64,000 bases of DNA from an uncultured Bacteroides sp. (GTDB taxonomy: Bacteria > Bacteroidota > Bacteroidia > Bacteroidales > Bacteroidaceae): positions 545 through 64,544 of the forward strand of contig CAMAFR010000011.1 of NCBI GenBank assembly GCA_945833835.1, given 5' to 3'. Made by a program: the position numbers and the translations under genes. The notes under the pieces were generated by a model, which made no database searches, had not been told where the DNA came from, and saw nothing but the letters and a program-made list of their open reading frames with translations. Below are positions 57,878 to 64,000 of this stretch, one piece after another (position 1 is the stretch's first letter; each line of letters opens with the position of its first letter).

Positions 57878-58891
57878 TCAGCCAAAGCAGATGCCCATGC
57901 GTCGTCCCTGCACCAGCAGGTCGTTGTCTTCGGTCACCAATTTCAGCTTGCCTGCCACTTCTGCCAGCGGTATGGAGGTGATGGTTGCTCCACGCAGAGA
58001 AACCATCTTCCCGAACTGTCCGGTAGCAATCAGTTCGGTGGCGTGTCCGCCCATGCGGGTGGCAAGGTTGCGGTCGTAGGGGGTGGGGCTTCCTCCGCGC
58101 TGGATATAGCCCAGCACCGTCTCGCGCGTTTCGAAGCCGGTCTCATATTCTATCTCTTCGGCAATGTATTGGGCCGCCTTTTTGCCGCCGATGGTGGGGA
58201 TGCCTTCGGCCACCACGACGATGGAGTAGGGTTTGCCCTTCTTCAGCCGGTTGATGATGGTGTCGCCGATGCGGTGGATGTCGAAGGGAATCTCGGGCAG
58301 CAGGATGATGTCGCCTCCGCCCGCCATGCCCGAGTAGAGGGCAATCCAGCCCGCCTTGTGTCCCATCACCTCGATGACCATCACCCGCTGGTGGGCGCTG
58401 GCGGTGGAGTGCAGGCGGTCGATGGCGTCGGTGGCAATGGTCACGGCCGAGTCGAACCCGAAGGAGATGTCGGTACCCCACACGTCGTTGTCAATCGTCT
58501 TGGGGATGCTCACCACGTTCACCCCCGCCGCCGTCAGTTTGGCCGCCGTCTTCTGGGTGCCGTTGCCCCCGATGGTGACGATGCAGTCCAGCTGCCGCCG
58601 GGCAATGGTGTCCAGCAGGATGGCGGGCTTGTCGTTGGCCAACGCCGGGTTGCTGCGTTTCTTGAAGGGTTTTTCACGCGATGTTCCCAATATGGTCCCG
58701 CCCAGGTTGAGCAGGCCGGTCATGTCGGCCTCTGTCAACGGCACAATATCATCGTCCAGCAGGCCGCGGAAGCCGCTGCGGATGCCGTACACTTCCATAC
58801 CATAGTGACTGATGGCTGTTTTGCAAACGCCCCGTATGGTGGCATTGATGCCCGGGCAGTCACCTCCCGACGTCAAGATTCCTATTCTCAT
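57878..58891 (-). CDS. pfkA: 6-phosphofructokinase
   Basis: TSGGDCPG, GGTILGT, PKTIDND, EVMG, LGYIQRGG. Confidence 0.93.
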   Translation of the reverse strand: MRIGILTSGGDCPGINATIRGVCKTAISHYGMEVYGIRSGFRGLLDDDIVPLTEADMTGLLNLGGTILGTSREKPFKKRSNPALANDKPAILLDTIARRQLDCIVTIGGNGTQKTAAKLTAAGVNVVSIPKTIDNDVWGTDISFGFDSAVTIATDAIDRLHSTASAHQRVMVIEVMGHKAGWIALYSGMAGGGDIILLPEIPFDIHRIGDTIINRLKKGKPYSIVVVAEGIPTIGGKKAAQYIAEEIEYETGFETRETVLGYIQRGGSPTPYDRNLATRMGGHATELIATGQFGKMVSLRGATITSIPLAEVAGKLKLVTEDNDLLVQGRRMGICFG

Positions 58892-59037
58892 GGCTACCTC
58901 GTTTTTTCAAGTGGGGGTAAAGTTAGAAGAAAAAAGCGTAGATTTGTGAAATCTGCAAAAAAATAATTGATGCCCCCTTATTTTCACCGATAAATCTCCT
59001 ACCTTTGCGAACCAAGAATGATAACAGAGGTAATAAA

Positions 59038-60543
59038 ATGGTTGTAACAAAATTAGTCGGAACGCTGTTCAAGCACCGCCAACGGGCGATAGACCTGTAC
59101 GACACCCGGGCGGAGGCTATCCAGGAACGGGTGCTCCGCCATCTCATCGAACGCGCCGCCCCCACCGAGTGGGGCAAGAAATACGGGTATGCCGGCATGA
59201 AGTCGTATGCTGACTTTCAGCGCGTACCCCTCCAGACGTATGAAGACATCAAAGAATATGTGGACCGTATGCGGCACGGCGAGGCCGATGTGCTCTGGCC
59301 GGGCAAGGTGGTGTGGTACGCCAAATCATCGGGCACGACCAATGACAAGAGCAAGTTCATCCCCGTCAGCCGCGAAGGGTTGCAGAATATCCATTACAAA
59401 GGCGGGGCCGATGCCGTGGCGCTCTACCTGCGCTCCAACCCCCGGAGCCGGCTGTTCTCCGGCAAGGGGCTGATTCTGGGCGGCAGCCACAGTCCCAACT
59501 ATAACGTGAAAGACAGCTTGGTGGGCGACCTCTCGGCCATCCTTATCCAGAACATCCATCCGCTGGCCAACTTCATCCGGGTGCCCAGCAAGGAGATTGC
59601 CCTGCTCGGCGAGTTCGAGGAGAAGGTGGAGCGCATTGCCGACACCACCATCCATCGGAATGTCACCAATCTCTCGGGGGTTCCCTCGTGGATGCTGGCG
59701 GTCATCAAGCGCATCCTGGAGAAGACGGGGGCACGGACGCTCGACGAGGTGTGGCCCAACTTAGAGGTGTTCTTCCACGGAGGGGTCTGCTTCACGCCCT
59801 ACCGCGAGCAGTACCGCCGCCTCATTGCCGGCGAGAGGATGCACTATATGGAGACCTACAACGCCAGCGAGGGCTTCTTCGGGCTGCAGAGCGACCTGAC
59901 GGACCCGGCCATGGAGCTGATGATAGACTACGACGTGTTCTACGAGTTCATTCCCCTGGAAGAGCTGGACAGTCCCAGCCCCCACATCGTGCCGCTCACG
60001 GGCATTGAGACGGGCCGCAACTATGCCATGGTCATCAGCACCTCGTGCGGGCTGTGGCGTTACCTCATCGGCGACACCGTGAAGTTCACCCAAAAAGACC
60101 CCTATAAGTTCATCATCAGCGGGCGCACCAAGTCGTTCATCAACGCCTTCGGCGAAGAACTGATGGTGGACAATGCCGACAAAGGGCTGCTGGAGGCCTG
60201 CCGGGCCACCGGTGCCCAAGTGCTCGACTATTCGGCTGCGCCGGTGTTCATGGACGACAATGCCAAGTGCCGCCACCAGTGGCTGATAGAGTTCGGCGTG
60301 CAGCCCGACTCCCTCGAAAAGTTCCGCGAGGTGCTCGACCGCTCGCTGCAGGCCATCAACTCCGACTACGAGGCCAAACGCCATAAGGACATCACCCTGC
60401 AGCAGCTGGAGATTGTCGTGGCGCGTCCGAACCTGTTCCACGACTGGCTGAAGCGGAAGGGCAAGCTGGGCGGACAACACAAGGTGCCCCGCCTGAGCAA
60501 CAACCGTGACCTGATGGAAGAAATGCTGAAACTGAACCACTGA
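59038..60543 (+). CDS. GH3 auxin-responsive family (adenylate-forming) protein
   Basis: AKSSGTT..SKFIP, ETYNASEG, LWRYLIGD, GQHKVPR. Confidence 0.88.
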   Translation: MVVTKLVGTLFKHRQRAIDLYDTRAEAIQERVLRHLIERAAPTEWGKKYGYAGMKSYADFQRVPLQTYEDIKEYVDRMRHGEADVLWPGKVVWYAKSSGTTNDKSKFIPVSREGLQNIHYKGGADAVALYLRSNPRSRLFSGKGLILGGSHSPNYNVKDSLVGDLSAILIQNIHPLANFIRVPSKEIALLGEFEEKVERIADTTIHRNVTNLSGVPSWMLAVIKRILEKTGARTLDEVWPNLEVFFHGGVCFTPYREQYRRLIAGERMHYMETYNASEGFFGLQSDLTDPAMELMIDYDVFYEFIPLEELDSPSPHIVPLTGIETGRNYAMVISTSCGLWRYLIGDTVKFTQKDPYKFIISGRTKSFINAFGEELMVDNADKGLLEACRATGAQVLDYSAAPVFMDDNAKCRHQWLIEFGVQPDSLEKFREVLDRSLQAINSDYEAKRHKDITLQQLEIVVARPNLFHDWLKRKGKLGGQHKVPRLSNNRDLMEEMLKLNH

Positions 60544-60554
60544 CCCGCGCGCCC

Positions 60555-62489
60555 ATGAAGCCTATCCTATCCCCTGCTGCCGCCTTCCTGCTGTTTGTGC
60601 TGGGCTGCTGTGCCTGTGCCAGCATCGGCAATCCCGACGGCGGTCCCTACGACGAGACCCCGCCCCGCTTCCTGCGGGCCACGCCTCCGCCCAACACCAC
60701 CGGGGTGCAGCGCAAGAAAATCACGCTGGAGTTCGACGAGTTCATCAAGCTGGAGAAGGCCTCCGAGAAGGTCATCATCTCGCCGCCCCAGGAGGTGGCC
60801 CCCGAGGTGAAGGCGGTGGGCCGGAAGGTGCAGGTGAGCTTCGAAGACTCGCTCAAGGCCAATACCACCTATACCATTGATTTCGGCGATGCCATTGTAG
60901 ACAACAACGAGGGCAACCCCCTCGGACAGTTTGCCTATGCCTTCGCCACCGGCGAGACCGTCGACACGCTCGAAGTGTCGGGCACGGTGCTCAACGCCGA
61001 GAACCTGGAGCCCATCAAAGGCATCCAGGTGGGGCTGCACAAGAACCTGAACGATACGGCCTTCACGAGCCTGCCGTTCGACCGCATCTCGCGCACGGAC
61101 AGCCGCGGACGCTTCACCATACGGGGCATCGCGCCGGGCACCTACCGCGTCTTTGCCCTCATGGACGGCAACCAGAATTATTTGTTCGACTCGAAGACCG
61201 AGGCCGTGGCCTGGATGGACTCGCTGGTGGTGCCCCGTTGCGAGGCCGCCGTGCGCCAGGACACGCTGTGGGCCACGCCCGACAGCTCCCGCATCGACAC
61301 CGTCCGCCGGGTGGCCTATACCCGCTTCCTGCCCGACGACCTGCTGCTGAGGGCCTTCACCGAGGTGAACGACCTGCAGTACCTCACCAAGAGCGAACGC
61401 CCGAAGACCCACCAGATAGCCCTCTACTTTGCGGCCAAGGCCGACACCCTGCCCACCCTGACGGGACTGAACTTCGACGAGCGGGAGGCGTTCGTCGTAG
61501 AGCCTACCCGGCAGAACGACTCCATCCTGTACTGGCTGCGCGACACGGTCCTGGCCGAACGGGACACGCTGCTGTTCCGTTTAGACTACCTCGCCACCGA
61601 CACGCTGGGGCAGCTGGTGCCCCGGACCGACACCCTGCGCCTGCTCAACAAGGTGCCGCGCGAACGCCGCCTGGCCCTGAAGCAGGAGGAGCTGAAGAAG
61701 CAGGAGAAGGAGCGGAAACGGCGGGCCAAGCGGGGGGACACGCTGGCCGTGAAGACCCCGTTCCTGCCCATGAACCTGACGGTGGCCTCCGCCCTCGACC
61801 TGGGGCAGAACGTGCGCCTCTCGTTCGACGAGCCGCTGGCGGCCATTGATACGGCGGCCCTCCACGTGGAGACGCTCGTAGACAGCCTCTGGCAGGAGGT
61901 GCCCTTCCTGTTCAGGGCCGACAGTGCCGCCCACCGCCGCTACGAGCTGCTGGCCGAGTGGCAGCCGGGCCGCGAATACCGCGTGCGCATCGACTCGCTG
62001 GCCTTCCGGGGACTGTATGGCCTGTGGACCGACAAAAAAGAGAGCAAGTTCAAGATCAAGACCCTCGAAGACTATGGGACGCTCTACCTCAACATCAAGG
62101 GGGCGCGCAGCCGGGCCATCGCGCAGTTGCTGAACAGCAGCGATGCCGTGGTGCGCCAGGAGCGGGTGAAGCCCGACGGTACTTGCGACTTCTATTTCCT
62201 CAAGCCCGGCACCAAGTACTACCTGCGCCTGTTTCATGACGACAATGGCAATGGCCGGTGGGACACCGGCAGCTATGCCGAAAAGCGGCCGCCCGAAGAG
62301 GTGTTCTACTCGAACAAGGTGTGGGAAATGAAGGCCAATTTCGAGTTTGAGGAGGACTGGGACCTCTATGCCCTGCCGCCCGACCGCCAGAAGCTGGACG
62401 AACTGAAGAAACAAAAGCCCGACGAAGCCAAGAAGGTGAAAGAGCGCAACAGGGAGCGGGCCAAGAAACTGGGAAAAACAACAGACTGA
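60555..62489 (+). CDS. Ig-like domain lipoprotein
   Basis: CASIGNPDGGPYDETPP, FDE, NTTYTIDFG. Confidence 0.8.
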   Translation: MKPILSPAAAFLLFVLGCCACASIGNPDGGPYDETPPRFLRATPPPNTTGVQRKKITLEFDEFIKLEKASEKVIISPPQEVAPEVKAVGRKVQVSFEDSLKANTTYTIDFGDAIVDNNEGNPLGQFAYAFATGETVDTLEVSGTVLNAENLEPIKGIQVGLHKNLNDTAFTSLPFDRISRTDSRGRFTIRGIAPGTYRVFALMDGNQNYLFDSKTEAVAWMDSLVVPRCEAAVRQDTLWATPDSSRIDTVRRVAYTRFLPDDLLLRAFTEVNDLQYLTKSERPKTHQIALYFAAKADTLPTLTGLNFDEREAFVVEPTRQNDSILYWLRDTVLAERDTLLFRLDYLATDTLGQLVPRTDTLRLLNKVPRERRLALKQEELKKQEKERKRRAKRGDTLAVKTPFLPMNLTVASALDLGQNVRLSFDEPLAAIDTAALHVETLVDSLWQEVPFLFRADSAAHRRYELLAEWQPGREYRVRIDSLAFRGLYGLWTDKKESKFKIKTLEDYGTLYLNIKGARSRAIAQLLNSSDAVVRQERVKPDGTCDFYFLKPGTKYYLRLFHDDNGNGRWDTGSYAEKRPPEEVFYSNKVWEMKANFEFEEDWDLYALPPDRQKLDELKKQKPDEAKKVKERNRERAKKLGKTTD

Positions 62490-63295
62490 TGAAGAGAACG
62501 ATCCTCCTGTTCCTCTGTCTGCTGCTATGCAGCGGGACAGCCGGTGCCCAATGTGGGGCCGAGAACAATGCCATTCAGGCCGGTGAAGAGCTGAACTACG
62601 AACTGAAGTTCAACTGGAAGTTCATCTGGGTCGACGTAGGGTGGGCCAAGATGACCGTGGACACGGCGACCTACAACGGGCGGCCCTGCCTGCGCACAGA
62701 CCTCGAATCGTTCACCAACCGGCAGGCCGACCGGTTCTTCAAGATGCGCGACACTCTGACCTGCATCACCTCCGAGCGGTTAGAGCCGCTCTACTTCCGC
62801 AAGAGCGCCGAGGAGGGCAAGCGGTACAGCATCGACGAGGTGCGCTTCAGCTACCGCGACACGCTCTGCATCGTGGACCAGAGCCGCACCGTGAACGGAC
62901 GGACGCAGACCCGGCAGGACGTGTCGCCCCATTGTGTGTACGACATGCTGAGCATCCTGCTGCAGGCCCGCTCGTACGACCCCACCGCCTACCGCCCGGG
63001 TACGCAGATCCGCTTCTCGATGGCCACGGGCCGGGAGGTGGAGAAGCAGACGCTGATTTATCGGGGCAAGAAGGTCTATAAGGCAGAGAACAAGGTGAAA
63101 TACCGCTGCTTGGTCTTCTCGCTCGTGGAATATACCCAGAAGAAAAAGGAGAAAGAGGTCATCACGTTCTACGTTACCGACGACCTCAACCACCTGCCGG
63201 TGCGGTTGGACATGTTCCTCAACTTCGGCTCCGCCAAGGCGTTCCTCACCGAAATCAAGGGCAACCGCCATCCGCTGACGTGCATCGAAGAATAG
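62489..63295 (+). CDS. DUF3108-like secreted protein
   Basis: Signal peptide, GEELNY, YDMLS, VTDDLNHLPV. Confidence 0.75.
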   Translation: MKRTILLFLCLLLCSGTAGAQCGAENNAIQAGEELNYELKFNWKFIWVDVGWAKMTVDTATYNGRPCLRTDLESFTNRQADRFFKMRDTLTCITSERLEPLYFRKSAEEGKRYSIDEVRFSYRDTLCIVDQSRTVNGRTQTRQDVSPHCVYDMLSILLQARSYDPTAYRPGTQIRFSMATGREVEKQTLIYRGKKVYKAENKVKYRCLVFSLVEYTQKKKEKEVITFYVTDDLNHLPVRLDMFLNFGSAKAFLTEIKGNRHPLTCIEE

Positions 63296-63354
63296 AAAGA
63301 ATTTCGTATCTTTGTCCACCGAAACCTTATTTATTCATCATACATCCAAAAGAC

Positions 63355-64000
63355 ATGAAAAAAATCTTGCGACAGATGGGGATGGCCTGCCTGACGGCCT
63401 TGCTGGCGGCGGCCCCCGTGGAGCTGGGCGCGCAGTCGCTGTCGGCCTCCACGAAATGGCATTGGGAGAAAGGAACGATTGTAGTGGAAACGCCCGAACG
63501 CCCGGCAGGGCAACAGTCTGCCTTGGGGCTGACGGTGCCGAAGATGGACGAGGTGCGGGTAGGCTTCGTGGGCCTCGGGATGCGCGGCCCCGATGCGGTG
63601 GCCCGCTTCACATATATAGAAGGTACCCGCATCGTGGCCTTGTGTGACTATGAGCGGGAGCGGGCGGAGAAGTGCCAGCAGTACCTGCGTGACGCCCACC
63701 GGCCGCTGGCGGCGGTCTACTCGGGCGAGGAGGGCTACAAGGCCCTGTGCGAGCGCGACGACATTGACCTGGTGTATATCGCCACCGACTGGCTGCACCA
63801 CTTCCCCATTGCGAAATATGCTATGGAGCACGGCAAGAACGTGGCCTTGGAGGTGCCTGCCGCCATGAATCTGGAGCAGTGCTGGGAGCTGATTGACCTG
63901 AGCGAACGCACGCGCAAGCACTGCATGATGCTGGAGAACTGCTGCTACGACTGGTTCGAGATGAACACGCTGAACATGGCGCAGCACGGTGTCTTCGGCG
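63355..64000 (+). CDS. GH109 / Gfo-Idh-MocA family glycosidase (partial)
   Basis: VRVGFVGLGMRG, LVYIATDW..H, ALEVP, MMLENCCY. Confidence 0.85.
   Translation, partial: MKKILRQMGMACLTALLAAAPVELGAQSLSASTKWHWEKGTIVVETPERPAGQQSALGLTVPKMDEVRVGFVGLGMRGPDAVARFTYIEGTRIVALCDYERERAEKCQQYLRDAHRPLAAVYSGEEGYKALCERDDIDLVYIATDWLHHFPIAKYAMEHGKNVALEVPAAMNLEQCWELIDLSERTRKHCMMLENCCYDWFEMNTLNMAQHGVFG

Noticed and set aside
30627..63987. Many long antisense/alternate-frame ORFs (e.g. 30627-32363, 34683-36218, 41950-43530, 55996-57582)
   Set aside because: Shadows of well-supported genes in GC-rich, codon-biased DNA; no recognisable motifs

Overview
Bacteroidales chromosome segment, judged from recurrent TAnnTTTG sigma-A -7 boxes and gene content. 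Bases 1 to ~30350 are the right part of an integrated temperate prophage. It contains a head/packaging module (scaffold, MuF minor head protein fused to an ADP-ribosyltransferase, portal, terminase), an opposite-strand accessory cassette, replication/recombination genes, a cI/cro switch, membrane microproteins, HicAB and a tyrosine integrase. It appears inserted at the anticodon loop of tRNA-Arg(CCT). Bases ~30350-64000 are GC-rich host core genes (korAB, pckA, DEAD helicase, ruvB, mnmA, OmpA, znuAC, cysE, rubrerythrin, SulP, pfkA, tRNA-Asp and others). Most notable: (1) an apparent DGR variable region inside a small early-region gene rather than a tail gene; (2) a MuF-ART toxin facing two paralogous candidate immunity genes; (3) a ParB-DUF4417 / HEXXH protein / small acidic protein triad beside the terminase; (4) a disrupted host tRNA followed by a full divergent replacement tRNA behind the host promoter. 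All family assignments come from motif recognition by eye; no searches were run.
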